DNA from: Syntrophales bacterium
Lineage (GTDB): Bacteria; Desulfobacterota; Syntrophia; Syntrophales; UBA6807
NCBI GenBank assembly: GCA_040767195.1
Contig: JAXGPA010000001.1
Span: forward strand, 480,001 to 544,000
DNA: 64,000 nucleotides
Reading direction: 5' to 3'
The notes under the pieces were generated by a model. The model was not told where the DNA came from. It saw only the letters and a program-made list of their open reading frames with translations, and searched no databases. Within the stretch, counting starts at the first letter, position 1. The number at the start of each line of letters is the position of its first letter. The position numbers and the translations under genes were made by a program. Below are positions 29,801 through 40,637 of this stretch, piece after piece.

Positions 29801-31333
29801 AGGGACGGCGTCATCGAATTTCACTTCATGGGACGGATACCGCCGGAACTGGCCGCCTTCGGGACCAATCACGGCGTCTACGAACGGGAGGATTTCATAC
29901 GGAAAGTCACGGAAATCGATCCCCATTTCATCGGGATTTTTTCCATATCGCCGGAAACGTACTGTCATACCCTTACGGAGGCGTGGGCCAGCGGCGTTCC
30001 CGTCCTGTCTTCCGACACGGGCACCGTCGCCGAGCGCATCGGTCAGCACGGCGGCGGCTGGCTTCTGGATCTCGGGGACGTTCCGGCCTGCTACGAGAAA
30101 ATATGCCACATCTTCCGGGACCGGGAGGCTTACGGAAGCATCCGGGAAGAAACGGGGAAAATTCCCATCAAGACGGTGGCGGACATGGCGACGGAATACG
30201 AGGAGACGTATTACCGTGTCCTTCACGGCGGGAAAGACCTGTCGAAACCCTACCGGAGCCTGGCCCTTCTGACGCCCCGGGGGACTTTCGGGTTTCCCGG
30301 GTCCTCCTATGTCCGCACCCTCCTGCCCCTGCAGCATCCCGTGTTCCGGGAAGCGTTCTTCACCTACGTGGTCAACCCCGATCAGCTGAAAGAGAAGCGG
30401 CTGGCGGAGATGGCGGCGGAAAAACGGATCGACTGTTTCGTCATCCAGAGAAACGCCGTGACGGCCGAAGAGTTCGCCTACCTGGCCACCCTGTCGGAAA
30501 AGGAGAAAATCCCCATTGTTTTCGAGATCGACGACAACATCCTGGACATGGATCCCTCCCACCCCGAACACGGTCACTACGGTCCCCAGAAGGAACTCCT
30601 CACCGCCCTGTGCCGCAGGGCCCATCACGTCACGGTAAGCACGGAGGCCCTGAAAGACGCTCTCGGGCCATACAACAACAGCATCTCGGTAATCCGAAAC
30701 GCCCTCGAAGAAAAGCTGTGGTTCAGCCCCCGGACGGTCCTGCCGAAACCGGGAGGGGAGAAAACCCTCACCATCGGTTACATGGGCTCGGTGACCCATG
30801 ATGCGGACCTGGAAATCCTCAGGACGGTTATCCCCCGGGTCCAGAAGGTCCTGAGGGAGCAAAAGGGGATCCATGCGGAATTCCAGATCGTGGGGGGCAT
30901 GCGGGACGGTCTTTTGAGAAGCCGCTGGTACACGAGGATCCCCGTGCCAAGCGGTTGCGAGAGTTACCCCCTCTTCGTGGACTGGCTGCGAAAGCAGGGC
31001 CCCTGGGACATTGCCGTCGCGCCCCTGGCCGACACGGAAATCAACCGGGGAAAAAGCGAACTCAAGTATCTCGAATACGCCGCCCTGGGGTCTCCGGGGG
31101 TTTACAGTCCCGTCGGAGGATACGCCGATACGGTCCGGCACGGGGTTACGGGGCTTCTGGCAACGGGAAACGACGAAGAGGCCTGGGTCCGGTGTCTTCT
31201 CGAACTGGCCCTCGATGCCTCCCTCCGGGAGAAATTACGGGCTGCCGCCCGGGAGGACGTGATCCGTCGATACCTTCTGAAAGACCGGGTCGCCGAGTGG
31301 CGGGATTTTTTTCACAGGGTCCTCGGTCACTGA
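26819..31333 (+). CDS. Multidomain glycan synthase/terminator: methyltransferase, coiled coil, GT2, two GT-B domains
   Basis: VVEIGS and IDGDHNW..V..EL (Methyltransf_24-like); E/K/R-rich heptads; VIDDGS..NSDT..GYGEEND (GT2); HDYY..CP and ETYCHTLTEAW (GT4); EIDD..KSELKYLEY. Confidence 0.9.
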   Translation: MHDFWDVIIKPIFDLLHPAVVVEIGSGQGKNTENLIQYAARHDGVVHAVDPCPDFPADEWESLHENHFVFHRSLSLSALEKIPPMDVVLIDGDHNWYTVINELRLIDKISLSPGREFPVVFLHDIGWPYGRRDLYYNPENIPELFRKPYQKKGLKPGESDLLDEGGLNAHLFNALYENSLQNGVLTAVEDFLKETARDLSFFSLAGFHGLGILVPKERLNREERLGESISRLTSSEEMRKYIEHLEHERILSEIGRSETKQRLETASGRLEEEKKKAAGLRKDLNDQRIDHERQIRDIRQEHKEAMRDMARAMEKEKQEHEAFRKARLRELNKVLSERDLLIRWLDQASSGYDALLTSRRWKMGNRIGEFLRKAAFRPPVPLVSDRISRIFGDFRKWEQKGFTKITDESLKKKQIARSLFLNDGASRNPEGRSAADFYGETLFPVTARRRSENVSEILSFLRSPSITVIVPVFNAPRDTAKCLDALLRYTSLPCEILVIDDGSTDPETIDVIGRAGRHPFVRVIRNDRNRGFVETLNRGLEESTGDVVCLNSDTAVTPRWLQKLVLAAYSDPRVATVTPFSNAAGAFSVPEIGVNREIDPPFTLTGMSRMVERLSANDYPKVPTGNGFCLYIKRSAIGDVGLFDSVRFGRGYGEENDFSMRALKKGWTHVLDDASFVYHRRGASFSEEKEVLAEKNRKVLDELHPEYTSLVRTFVASPEIAEIRSRIRRGGFQEGKMDFDSLRILFVLQEGMGGTPATNEDLLRCLGHRHECFVLTSDSRRLKLTYHRNGRNTELWSHTLKSRWSAKSFHVRELEEFYFTILTLLKIEVVHVRHLFKHSFDIVSLCRLLGLPVVLSFHDYYLVCPSIHLLDERNHCCHGDCSETAGPCRIPTPLLDDISDLRGFLPSWRDEVRKLFDGCRAFVTTSPFARSIYVKNFPELEERDFRVIEHGRDFADRKDRAPGPAAGGPMKLLIPGNLDRHKGSDFIRKLHETDRDGVIEFHFMGRIPPELAAFGTNHGVYEREDFIRKVTEIDPHFIGIFSISPETYCHTLTEAWASGVPVLSSDTGTVAERIGQHGGGWLLDLGDVPACYEKICHIFRDREAYGSIREETGKIPIKTVADMATEYEETYYRVLHGGKDLSKPYRSLALLTPRGTFGFPGSSYVRTLLPLQHPVFREAFFTYVVNPDQLKEKRLAEMAAEKRIDCFVIQRNAVTAEEFAYLATLSEKEKIPIVFEIDDNILDMDPSHPEHGHYGPQKELLTALCRRAHHVTVSTEALKDALGPYNNSISVIRNALEEKLWFSPRTVLPKPGGEKTLTIGYMGSVTHDADLEILRTVIPRVQKVLREQKGIHAEFQIVGGMRDGLLRSRWYTRIPVPSGCESYPLFVDWLRKQGPWDIAVAPLADTEINRGKSELKYLEYAALGSPGVYSPVGGYADTVRHGVTGLLATGNDEEAWVRCLLELALDASLREKLRAAAREDVIRRYLLKDRVAEWRDFFHRVLGH

Positions 31334-33339
31334 ACCCCAAGAAAGCGGGCCAGGATCCGCCGGAATTCCTCCGCCCGGTGGGCATACGTGTGAGCCGCCA
31401 CGATTCTCTCCCGGGCCTCCCGCCCCATGGCCGACCTTTTTTCCCCGTCGTGAAGAAGATCGAGAAGTTTTCTCCTGAAATCGGATCCGTCCCGATAGGT
31501 CGTTACGCCCCCCCCGAACAGCTCCTCGAGGCCGGGCGTTTCATTTGAAAGAACGCACGCGCCGCAGGCCATGGCTTCGAAGATGCGGCTGTTGAGACAG
31601 CCCCAGGGCCGGCACATGGGCGTGCAGTCCTCCAGGACGACCCTGGAGGAATTGTATATCTTCGGAATTTCGGAGTGATCCGCCACCCCCCGGTGGTATT
31701 TCCGCAGCCACAGGGAGGGAAGATCCAGCCGGCCGTAAAAGCGAAAATCCGTTCCCGGGGGCACGGCGAGAACCCGGCAGAAGTCCCTGTCCCCGTCGAA
31801 CACGTTCCCCACGAAGGACAGGTCGGAAAGGTATTGGGGATCCGGCGGTCCGGGGTGAAAAAGATCCGTGTCGGCGGCGAGCGGGAGCACGCCCCCCCGT
31901 TTTCCGGGGTCGATACCGGTCATGACGCGATCCAGCGCTTTTTCCGATGTGGCCAGCACCAGGTCGTAGTCGCGAAACCAGGGCCGGCTCCGCCATTCCT
32001 CCACGTATCCCCTGATCCAGGCGATCCGGATCAGGTTTGGCAGACGGGCCACCCGGTCCAGGTCGAAGTCATGGCGGAAAACGAGAAGGACGTCCACGAG
32101 GGAAGAAATCGAATCCCAGTGAGAGATGGGCCTCTCGGGGAAAAAAACGACACGGTACCCGAACCGGGACAGCGCCTTTCCCATGGCCGAGGCGACAAAA
32201 TAATCCCCGTAGAGGCTCCGGGGGTGATTTTCCGTGACCGCCATGGCGATGGTAAGGGGACGGGCCGACCAGAAGGGGGGCCGGCCTTCCACCTTCTCCC
32301 GCCACATGTCCCGGCCGATGGGGGAAACCCATTTCGGGGGAACGGCCGGCGCGAGAGGGTCGCCGGCAGCGGCGTCCTTTTCTTCGCCTGGCCTGAAAAG
32401 GACCACGCTGGCCGGGCAGACCTGGATGCCCCGACCTCTTTCCCGGCAGGCCATGGCGAGATCCAGCCAGTCGTCGGGGGGAAAGGTCCCGCCGGACCGG
32501 AGTGCCTCCTCCAGGATACCGGCGTTCCAGCAGGAACAGAGCGGCGAAAATGCCGGGATGGGAGCAGGCCCGTCTCCCCGGTGCAGGGGATCGGCGCAGG
32601 GCACCCGGGGCTCCATTTCGATGCGACCGGGCCCGCCCCGGAAAACGAGGCCGTCGGAGGCCACAAACAGGCGATCCCCTCCTCCCTCGTCCTCTCCGCC
32701 CGTTTTTTCGACCCTTAGAATTCTCGGCACCGCCGCCGCCGTTTCGGGACTTTTCTCCAGGAGGGTGACAAGGGCGGAAAGCCAGCCCGGCTGAACGCGG
32801 ACCCGCTCATCGAGGAAAACGGCATAGGTAAAGGGTCTTTCCCGTTTTGTGAAAAAGTCGGCGGGCCGGGCGGCGGTTTCCCCCTTGTCGATGAGGGTCG
32901 CCTGCGGAACTCCCGAGAGACGGCAGACCGTCTCCAGGGAGGCCTTCAGGCGGGGCGGGCAGAGGATGGCGATTTCCCAGTCGCCGTAAAAGGTGTTGGC
33001 CCTCAGGTTCAGGAGGAAGTCCTCGACCCCTCCACTCACGCTTTCCAGGGACACCCAGATCCGGACCTTTCCCGGCGGCTCCTTTCCGGCGTCCGGAATA
33101 TCCGTCCCGAGAAGCGGCAGGATCTCCATCCCCCGACCCCCCCTCGAAGGAACGGCGTCCCGAACCCGCCCGCGGCGACAGGGGACCTTCCCCCCCAGAT
33201 CCCGCCACGTCCTCTTCACGGCGATGGTCCGGGGGCTCTCGAGAAGCCTTTTCCGGAACCGGGCGAGGAAGGGCAGTTTCAGTAAACGCCTCGACCGTGC
33301 CTTTATGGCCAGAAACCCCTGACGGACAGAACGGTTCAT
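31327..33339 (-). CDS. Glycosyltransferase: degenerate GT2-like N-domain plus CgeB/Glyco_trans_1_2 C-domain
   Basis: YGDYF.A, SFVGN, NSRIFEAMACGAC.LS, HTY.HRA. Confidence 0.82.
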   Translation of the reverse strand: MNRSVRQGFLAIKARSRRLLKLPFLARFRKRLLESPRTIAVKRTWRDLGGKVPCRRGRVRDAVPSRGGRGMEILPLLGTDIPDAGKEPPGKVRIWVSLESVSGGVEDFLLNLRANTFYGDWEIAILCPPRLKASLETVCRLSGVPQATLIDKGETAARPADFFTKRERPFTYAVFLDERVRVQPGWLSALVTLLEKSPETAAAVPRILRVEKTGGEDEGGGDRLFVASDGLVFRGGPGRIEMEPRVPCADPLHRGDGPAPIPAFSPLCSCWNAGILEEALRSGGTFPPDDWLDLAMACRERGRGIQVCPASVVLFRPGEEKDAAAGDPLAPAVPPKWVSPIGRDMWREKVEGRPPFWSARPLTIAMAVTENHPRSLYGDYFVASAMGKALSRFGYRVVFFPERPISHWDSISSLVDVLLVFRHDFDLDRVARLPNLIRIAWIRGYVEEWRSRPWFRDYDLVLATSEKALDRVMTGIDPGKRGGVLPLAADTDLFHPGPPDPQYLSDLSFVGNVFDGDRDFCRVLAVPPGTDFRFYGRLDLPSLWLRKYHRGVADHSEIPKIYNSSRVVLEDCTPMCRPWGCLNSRIFEAMACGACVLSNETPGLEELFGGGVTTYRDGSDFRRKLLDLLHDGEKRSAMGREARERIVAAHTYAHRAEEFRRILARFLGVQ

Positions 33340-33346
33340 GATTTCC

Positions 33347-34513
33347 CTACCCGGGCTGTCGAAACGGTCGGGTCCTCCGGGACTTCTCCTCGAGGAGGCC
33401 CCGGATCACCTGGTGGATCACCTCCGCCCGGGTATCGAAGCCATGATCCCGTCTGATCATCTCCTTCAGCCTGGCGCCGGCGGATTTCCTTTTCGCCTCG
33501 TCGGAAAGAAGGGTCCGAACGAGGTCTCCCAGCTCGTCCGGCGTCCGGTAGGTGAGAACGGCGTCCCCGAAGAGGCGGGGGATGTCGGCCACGAAATCGG
33601 AAACGATGCAGGCCCCGCAGGCACCGGCGTCAAAGATCCTGTTGGAGATGAACCCGTTTTCCTTCATGGAAGGCCAGTGATCGTTGAGAAGGATCTTACA
33701 GGCGCTGTAATGATGACGCAAGACCTGATTTTCGATGAAGGGGCCCTTGATGTGTTTACCCGGAACAAGGGGTTCCCACATGAGGCCGTACAGGCTCAGG
33801 GGAACGCCGGCGGCGAGGGCGTCCCGAACGGCGGGCCGGAACTGCTTCCTCGAATTCCCCACGAAGAGAATCTCGTCGCCGGCGACTCCCGGCGCCTTTT
33901 CCTCGTAAAAAAGCTCCGGATCGGTGCCTTGAAGAAGGGGGGTCACCGGCACCGGCAGTCTTTTTTCCAGATCCCTGCCGTAACTGAGGGACGCGACGAA
34001 GACGTGATCGTAGAGACCGTATTCATCGAGGGGAACGTGGTCGGGATGGCTGATGTTCCACAGGAGGTTGACCTGGTCCGGGCGGGGGGCGTATCGGCTG
34101 AGCCCCCGAAGAACGATGACGACCTCATCCCGGAAGCCTTTTCTCCTGTGCCAGTCCGGCAGAAGGTCAATCCGGACGGCGTATCCCCGCCTTTCGAGAT
34201 ATTTCTTGAGGGCGCAGGCGAAATGATAATCCCCCCAGAACGGCGCTTCCCTTTTCCGGGGGACGGCGGCCTTGATGGACACCCGGACCGGGGTTTCCGG
34301 AAAGGCTCGCCTCTCCGTGAGGATTGAATCGTCCCGAATCCGTTCTTCCGCCACGTTTTTCTCTCCCGATTTTTTTCCGGGACGCCGTTCAGCAAGAAAG
34401 GATTTCAACCACCGGGGAAGCACCTTTTTCACGTTTTCCAGGGTCGCAAAATCAAGAATAAAAGGTTCAAAAAGACGATCGGGCGGCCTTCCGGGATTTT
34501 CATCCCCGACCAC
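33347..34513 (-). CDS. CgeB/Glyco_trans_1_2-family glycosyltransferase (start uncertain)
   Basis: WGDYHFA..L, WNISHPD, FVGNSR, LNDHW..M...GFISNRIFDA.ACGA. Confidence 0.88.
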   Translation of the reverse strand: MVGDENPGRPPDRLFEPFILDFATLENVKKVLPRWLKSFLAERRPGKKSGEKNVAEERIRDDSILTERRAFPETPVRVSIKAAVPRKREAPFWGDYHFACALKKYLERRGYAVRIDLLPDWHRRKGFRDEVVIVLRGLSRYAPRPDQVNLLWNISHPDHVPLDEYGLYDHVFVASLSYGRDLEKRLPVPVTPLLQGTDPELFYEEKAPGVAGDEILFVGNSRKQFRPAVRDALAAGVPLSLYGLMWEPLVPGKHIKGPFIENQVLRHHYSACKILLNDHWPSMKENGFISNRIFDAGACGACIVSDFVADIPRLFGDAVLTYRTPDELGDLVRTLLSDEAKRKSAGARLKEMIRRDHGFDTRAEVIHQVIRGLLEEKSRRTRPFRQPG

Positions 34514-34569
34514 CCGATCCGTTTTTCAAAAACGACGCCTGATCTCTTTGTTATCGGCAGTGATTTCTG

Positions 34570-37281
34570 TTAGAAATCCCACGCCTCATCGAATGGGTGT
34601 TTTTTAATAGGCAACGTCGTTGAGGCCTTACCGGAAGCACCCGTCCCGTCGACCACCTCGAGGGTGATGACATGCTCGCCCTCGGAAAGCTGTTCCGCCG
34701 TCACCTCCATGCCCTGGCCGAGGGGACCGTCCAGGCTGGAAGACCAGGAGAAAACAGCCGTATCGCCGACGGGGACACCCTCCTCGTCATAAGCGGACCC
34801 GGTGAACGTGAGCGTCGGGTACTTGGTGTAGTAAACAAAGCTTCCGTCGCTGTCCTCTTGCGGCGACTTATTGACGGAAATCCGGACAACCAGTTCCCGG
34901 GCCGGCTTATCGACCCCCAGGGCGTTCAGGCTGTCCAGGAGGGCGCCGTAGGCGTTTACCTGGAGGGCGATGACGGCTTCGCTGGACGCATAGCGGATGT
35001 AATTCGCCGAAGAGACATCCGTTCCGAAGTAGTCATCGTTGACAAAGGCCACCTCCTTCGCGCCGGGCGCCAGGGTCAGTCCCTTCACGGCCACCTCGAG
35101 GCCGTCGTTGCTGTAAAGGGTCAGGGTGATCTCCGCCGGGATCTCCTGTGCGTTGAGAATGGAAATACCCGTCACGGCCGTATCGTTCAGAAGCGGCAGA
35201 ATGCCCGATTTCCCCTCGAGACGGAGGGACCGGGACCCGGAAAGAAGGGTGGCGCCGGTATTGGCAAAAAGCTCGAGGCCGTCGGCCAGTTCCTGATCGG
35301 AAACCACGGCGAGCCAGGACACGCCGGAGGAGAATCCCAACGCGCCGGGATAGGTCGTGTATTTCGAGCGGGCCTCCACGGAAACCTCCTCGGCCCCCAG
35401 GAACAGACCGGCATCGTCATAGGCCGTGATGGTCACCTGGGCGGCATTTTCCGACGGATTGACGAGGACCATCGCCGTCCGCCAGGTTCCATTTTCCACC
35501 ACCTGGGGGAAGATCTGTTCCGCGCCGGTGCGGCCCGAAATCAGGTAGGCCTCCATGGTGTGGGTGTTCATGATCTTCGCCATGGCGACCACGCCGCCCC
35601 GGGAGGGGCTCTCGTCCTTGACGATGAGATAGGACGCCCCGGAAACGGCGCCTTCGGGAAAAATCGTCCCCACGTCGACAAAGGCCTGCTGACCCGGTCC
35701 CAGGAAAAGGGGCCGGGATTCCTCGACCATCCCGTCGGCCAGGACGAGCCGAAGCGTTTTTTCCTCCCCCGTCGTGTTCACGAGGTCGACTTCCGTCGAC
35801 CACATGCTGTTGGAAGCGACCTGGCAGGCATACAGGTCGCCCTGTTCGGCCAGGGCACCGCTTCCCACCGCCGGCACCATGGCGCTGTACTTTTCGAAAG
35901 CGAAGAACCGGTTGCAGCCGACGACGGAATCACCGGAGGCGCGGAAAAGGGCGAACCCCTTTCCTTTCAGGCCGGCGTACTTGGGCTGTATCCCGTCGAT
36001 GATGAACACCTTCCTCTGAAGGGGATAGATGGTCAGTTCTTTTGGCTCGGCAGCCGCCGAGCCGTCCTGGTTGTAGACCTCGAAGGTGCCCCTCAGGGTT
36101 GTAACGCGGCTTGCGTTCACCAGGAAGATCTCGGTGCGCCACCCCTGTTCGGCGGTGACATAGGGGAAATAGAGGACATGGGGCCCGTTGACCGGTTTGG
36201 GGTCCTCCCCGGGATCCACCGGACCGGGCGGCGTCGGGGATGTTTCTGTCTGAACCGTGAACGCCATCTTGCTGACAGGCCCCGAACCCGACGAATTTGT
36301 CGGCTGAATCGACCACTCGTATGTCCCGTCGGCCAGGGCGTCGGGGATCCGGTAAGCGCACTGCCCGTCAGCGGTCACCTCATCGGCCCGGAGGGTCCCG
36401 CTGAAAGCGACGGAGGAATTTCCGCTTACGGCGAGCCGGTAGGCGGTGGCGCTTTTTTCCTCGGTCCATTTGAAAAGGGGCCTGTCATCGGAGGTCGTTC
36501 CGGAGGGCGAAATGAGCGTGACGGCCTTGGGCGGCCCTCCGACGGGAAGGCTGTGGGTCGTGAATGTGACATAGAAATTTTCGTAGAATCCCTCCTGATC
36601 GAATCCCGGATAGACGATCCCGATTCTTCCGGTCTCGTTCTCGAGGCCGGCTACGGTGTTGCCCTTGCCGCGGGAGTAGACCTTGATATAATTGAACTGG
36701 ATGTCGTTGGAGCCCTCATGAAGGACCATCTGGAATGTGACGTTGTAATCGTCTCCAAGCCCGGTAGACGAATCGAAACGAACATTTTTGAACTGAACGA
36801 TGAACTGTCTTTTTCCTGAAACCACCCGGGTTTCGTAGTACACCCTGTGCTTGTCCCCTCACGTGCCGCACGCGAACAGGTCATCCCAGAAGCCGGCGAT
36901 GACGCTGTTGATCGCATCCAACCGGTCGGGAAGACCGTTTCCCTGGTACGTCTGGCCATTGATGACGGCACCGGGATCGAAGGACAGGAGTCCGTTTGTG
37001 GCCACACTTACAGAACTGTAATACTGACCGTAAAAGTTGAAACGAAAACCAATGGGAATGTCGGGAACAACGATGTCTCCCGAAGTTCCTATCTGCACCG
37101 GTATTCCAGTCGACGTCCGCTCGATGTCCGTCCAGGAAAAAGCCGGAGCTCCTTCTTCGTGACTGTCGTAATACCGGTACCCGTAACTGTCAGGTCCCCC
37201 CGTCAGCGCCCAGGACAGAGCCGGCACGGACAGGAAGAGAACGAAAGAGAAGGCCAGGAATTTCATGACGGTTCTCTTCAT
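34570..37281 (-). CDS. Exported putative CxxU selenoprotein (903 aa, U141): nidogen-like N-domain, Ig/FN3-like domain, four-repeat surface module, PKD-like tail
   Basis: ORFs 36859..37281 and 34570..36843 share a frame and are joined by FWDDLFACGT-TGA-GDKHRVYYET. AGGAGG SD and signal peptide occur only on the upstream part; the domain continues across the TGA. Confidence 0.85.
36823..36849 (-). promoter_or_regulatory. Candidate SECIS hairpin after TGA 36859-36861
   Basis: CAC-A-GGGU[GUACUACGAA]ACCC-GG-GUG at +10 to +36, loop starting GU at +18/+19; less canonical than the other two. Confidence 0.5.
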
Positions 37282-37474
37282 TTTCTATGGGTCCTCCTTT
37301 TTTTTGAAATCCCCATGAAGATGTCACGGGTTTATTACCATGAGGCGGCCTTTTTAACAACCGGTTTTCGTCTCTTTTCGAAGAGAAGGCAACCGCAACT
37401 GACGTCAGATCGTGCAAGTAACATACCATGCCGCGGAACTTAAGGCGCACCCGGGCTAAAAATTCTTTATGCCA

Positions 37475-39337
37475 CTATTTTGGATCGGACCGCCCCTTTG
37501 CCGATTCCAGGGGAAAACCGGTCAATTTTTCCTCTTCACCGCTTCTTTTGAACCGTTCCCCCGCCGTCAAAAGATACAGCCCCCGGTCCGGCCCGTTGAT
37601 CCGGCAGACCCATTCGGTCACCCGGCCCTCCCTGACAGCCTCGTCCACATCTTCCTTGATGCCGCCGGGGATCCCGTCCCGGGGAATTTCCCTTTCCTTT
37701 TTCCTGAAAAGGAGCATGGCCGCCGTGGCCTCCCACTCTTCGGGCCAGACGACGGCCCTTTGCCGGTAGACGTGCTCCAGGGCATACCGGGCCTGGAAGC
37801 CGGGGGAGCGGATGATCTTCGGGATGAGCGTTTCCGGGACGGCATAGTGGGGCGTTTCATTGTAGTAGAGAATGAGGAAGTCGATATCCCTTTTTTTCAT
37901 GTACGCCAGGTCGAATCCCCCGCCATGAGTGACCTCGTTGTCCATGAGGCCCCGGATATCGACGACGGTCCGTTTCTCCAGATAATAGGGGACCTGGCCG
38001 CACTGGACCGTGGCGACGACGGCCCCGCCGGGAAGCCGGCGGTTCAGGGCCCGCCCCACCACGCCCATGGGGTGAATGTCCAGGTTTTCGTCGGTCAGCC
38101 AGTCCGCCGCCTTTTCCCGGAAATCCGAGGGGTCCTTCAGGTAATGGAGAAGGTTCGTGACCATGAGGGACCGGGTCGGTGTCTCGGGCTTGAAAAAGGG
38201 CGTCACCGGGGAGCGCGCCAGGGCGAGCTGGGCCAGGACGACGGCACCAAGAAGGACGGCGGCCAGGGGGGCGGCGGCCTTCGGGGAAAGGAATTTCTTT
38301 GTCAGGTCGGCCACGGAGAGGAAGCCGGTGCCGACCAGGAGAAAGAAGAGAGGGATGACGGGAATGATGAAGCGGTAAAAATAGACCCTGAAGTCGCCGC
38401 CCACGAAGACCACGAAGGACAGGTACGCCGCCGTGAAGAAAAGAAGGAGCCCGCTTTCCCGGCACCGCTTCGGGTCGGCGAGAGCGGCCAGGACGAAGGG
38501 AACGAGCCACAGGGCTTGGATATCCCGGAAGTAGGATATGACATAGTCGAACCCTCTCAGGACGGCCTTTTCCGAAAACGGGGCCACCTTGACATAATAG
38601 GGGTTCGGCAGGGGATATCCGTAGTACAGGAACTGGGTCACCGTGTACAGGCCGAAGGGGACGGCGAAAAGGACGACGGCCGCCGCCGCCCGCCTGAGAA
38701 TGGCCGTCTCCCTGCTCTTGAGAAAGAGGACGAGGTCGATGACGAGGGAGGCGAGGAGAAAAACCGGCCCCTCGGGCCGGGTGACGGCGCACAGAAAGAA
38801 GAAAATCGCGTAGGCCGGGAAGGCCCGGTTCTCCTCCAGGGTCCGGATGTAGGAAAGGACTCCGGCAAGGGCCAGGAGGGTGAAGAGGAGTGTTTCCATC
38901 CCGTTCTGGGCGGCCAGGACGAAGTGGGCGCTCGTGGCCAGAAGAAGGGGCGCCGCCAGGGACAGCCCCCCCCATGACCGGTTTCTCTCCAGAAGCCACG
39001 ACCAGGAGATCCACAGGACGGCCAGCGCGGAGACGACGCCCAGGTATCGGGACCAGGAGACAACGGAACCGCCGAGACAGGAAACGGCGGCCAGGATGAC
39101 CGTCCAGAGAAAATTGGAGTAGCCCCACACCGGTTCACCGGGGTTGAAGACGAGACCCTGGCCGGCGGCCAGGTTTTCCGCATAGCGGAAGGAGATGAAA
39201 GCGTCCTCCAGGACGGCGAAAAACACCGAAACGGCCAGGACAAGGAAAATCGACGCGGGAACCAGGTACAGGAGAAACTTGAAAAAGAACGGGTATTTTT
39301 TCCTGTTCACGGGAATCGTCTCACCAAGGGGGTCCAT
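37475..39337 (-). CDS. Multi-pass GT-C-like membrane glycosyltransferase (AftB-like family)
   Basis: [48 protein letters not shown]. Confidence 0.78.
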   Translation of the reverse strand: MDPLGETIPVNRKKYPFFFKFLLYLVPASIFLVLAVSVFFAVLEDAFISFRYAENLAAGQGLVFNPGEPVWGYSNFLWTVILAAVSCLGGSVVSWSRYLGVVSALAVLWISWSWLLERNRSWGGLSLAAPLLLATSAHFVLAAQNGMETLLFTLLALAGVLSYIRTLEENRAFPAYAIFFFLCAVTRPEGPVFLLASLVIDLVLFLKSRETAILRRAAAAVVLFAVPFGLYTVTQFLYYGYPLPNPYYVKVAPFSEKAVLRGFDYVISYFRDIQALWLVPFVLAALADPKRCRESGLLLFFTAAYLSFVVFVGGDFRVYFYRFIIPVIPLFFLLVGTGFLSVADLTKKFLSPKAAAPLAAVLLGAVVLAQLALARSPVTPFFKPETPTRSLMVTNLLHYLKDPSDFREKAADWLTDENLDIHPMGVVGRALNRRLPGGAVVATVQCGQVPYYLEKRTVVDIRGLMDNEVTHGGGFDLAYMKKRDIDFLILYYNETPHYAVPETLIPKIIRSPGFQARYALEHVYRQRAVVWPEEWEATAAMLLFRKKEREIPRDGIPGGIKEDVDEAVREGRVTEWVCRINGPDRGLYLLTAGERFKRSGEEEKLTGFPLESAKGRSDPK

Positions 39338-40618
39338 TCACGGGCCGCCTTTCTTCTGCACGTCGATGGCGATGGGAAGATGAACCTTGCAGTTCACCGT
39401 TCGCCGGCTGGCCGGGGGAAGCACCTCGAAGACGCAGGCGTGGTCCCACCAGTCGAGAAAGGCGGGCTGGTCGGGATCGTGGCCGACGGCCGCCGTCACG
39501 CTGTAGTTCCCCTTCAGGAGAGGAAGCCGGAGACGGAAGGTCACCAGGAGCTCTTCCCCCTGCCGGAGAGACGGCAGACTCCGGCCCTCCACCGCCGTGT
39601 TCGTTCCCAGAAGGTCGTTGCCGAACCGGTCCCGGATGATGAAGCCGACGACGGCGGGGCTGCAGTCCACCCGGGCCAGGATACGCACCCCCACGGACAC
39701 GGGCTGATCGAATTCGACAACCTCGAGGACGCCGCCCCCGTCGTCCCGGAGGCGAACCTCCTCGATTCTCGCCTCTCCCGTCCCGATCCGTTTTTCCTTC
39801 CCCCGGACCGCCGCCTTGGTTTCCCCGGCTTCTTTTTTCATCACGGGGGGTTTTTTCGGCGCCTCCTTTTTCTCCTGCTCCCGATGGGCGATGAGCCCGT
39901 GATAGTAGTTCGCCACGTCCTCGGCCTTGCCCTGGAGAACCAGCCTTCCCCTGTCCAGGAACAGGGCTTCCTGGCACAGGCTCTTCACGGCGCCGATGCT
40001 GTGGCTGACAAAGAGGAGGGAGACCTCGCGCTTCTGGAGGGACCGGATCCGGTGGATGCATTTGTGCTGGAAGGCGATGTCCCCCACGGCCAGGGCCTCG
40101 TCGATGACGAGGATGTCCGGTTCCATGTGGATGGTGCAGGCGAAGGCGAGCCGGGCGTACATGCCGCTGGAATAGAGCTTGACGGGCCGGTCGAAGAAAT
40201 CGCCGATGTCGGCGAAGGCTTCGACCTCTTCCATTTTTTCCCGGGTTTCCCTTACGGAAAACCCCATGAGACCGCCGTAGAGCATCACGTTTTCCCGGCC
40301 CGTGAACTCCCTGTTGAACCCCGTGCCCAGCTCGAGGATGGAGGCGACGCGGCCCGCGGTTTTCACCGATCCCGACGTGGGCGCCAGGTAGCCGCAGATC
40401 ATCTTGAGAAGGGTGCTCTTGCCGCTTCCGTTGAAACCCATGATCCCCAGGGTGACGCCTTTCCGAAGCCGGAAGGAAACGTTCCGGAGGGCCCAGAAAT
40501 CCTTGTGAAAGCTCTTTCCGGAAAAGGAAAGGGCCTCCCTGATCCTGTCGTTGGGAGAGGCGTAGATCTTGAACTTCTTCGACAGGTTTTCGCAGATGAC
40601 GGAATATTCTGGTTCCAT
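39338..40618 (-). CDS. wzt: Polysaccharide ABC exporter ATPase with C-terminal carbohydrate-binding (Wzt_C) domain
   Basis: FWALRNVSF, GFNGSGKST, YSSGM.ARL, DEALAVGD, VSH; C-terminal extension after RIGTGEA. Confidence 0.95.
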   Translation of the reverse strand: MEPEYSVICENLSKKFKIYASPNDRIREALSFSGKSFHKDFWALRNVSFRLRKGVTLGIMGFNGSGKSTLLKMICGYLAPTSGSVKTAGRVASILELGTGFNREFTGRENVMLYGGLMGFSVRETREKMEEVEAFADIGDFFDRPVKLYSSGMYARLAFACTIHMEPDILVIDEALAVGDIAFQHKCIHRIRSLQKREVSLLFVSHSIGAVKSLCQEALFLDRGRLVLQGKAEDVANYYHGLIAHREQEKKEAPKKPPVMKKEAGETKAAVRGKEKRIGTGEARIEEVRLRDDGGGVLEVVEFDQPVSVGVRILARVDCSPAVVGFIIRDRFGNDLLGTNTAVEGRSLPSLRQGEELLVTFRLRLPLLKGNYSVTAAVGHDPDQPAFLDWWDHACVFEVLPPASRRTVNCKVHLPIAIDVQKKGGP

Positions 40619-40637
40619 TAAATCCTTCACTGGGCGA

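Noticed and set aside
28967..31141. 724-aa minus-strand ORF
   Set aside because: Antisense shadow of the 1504-aa glycosyltransferase.
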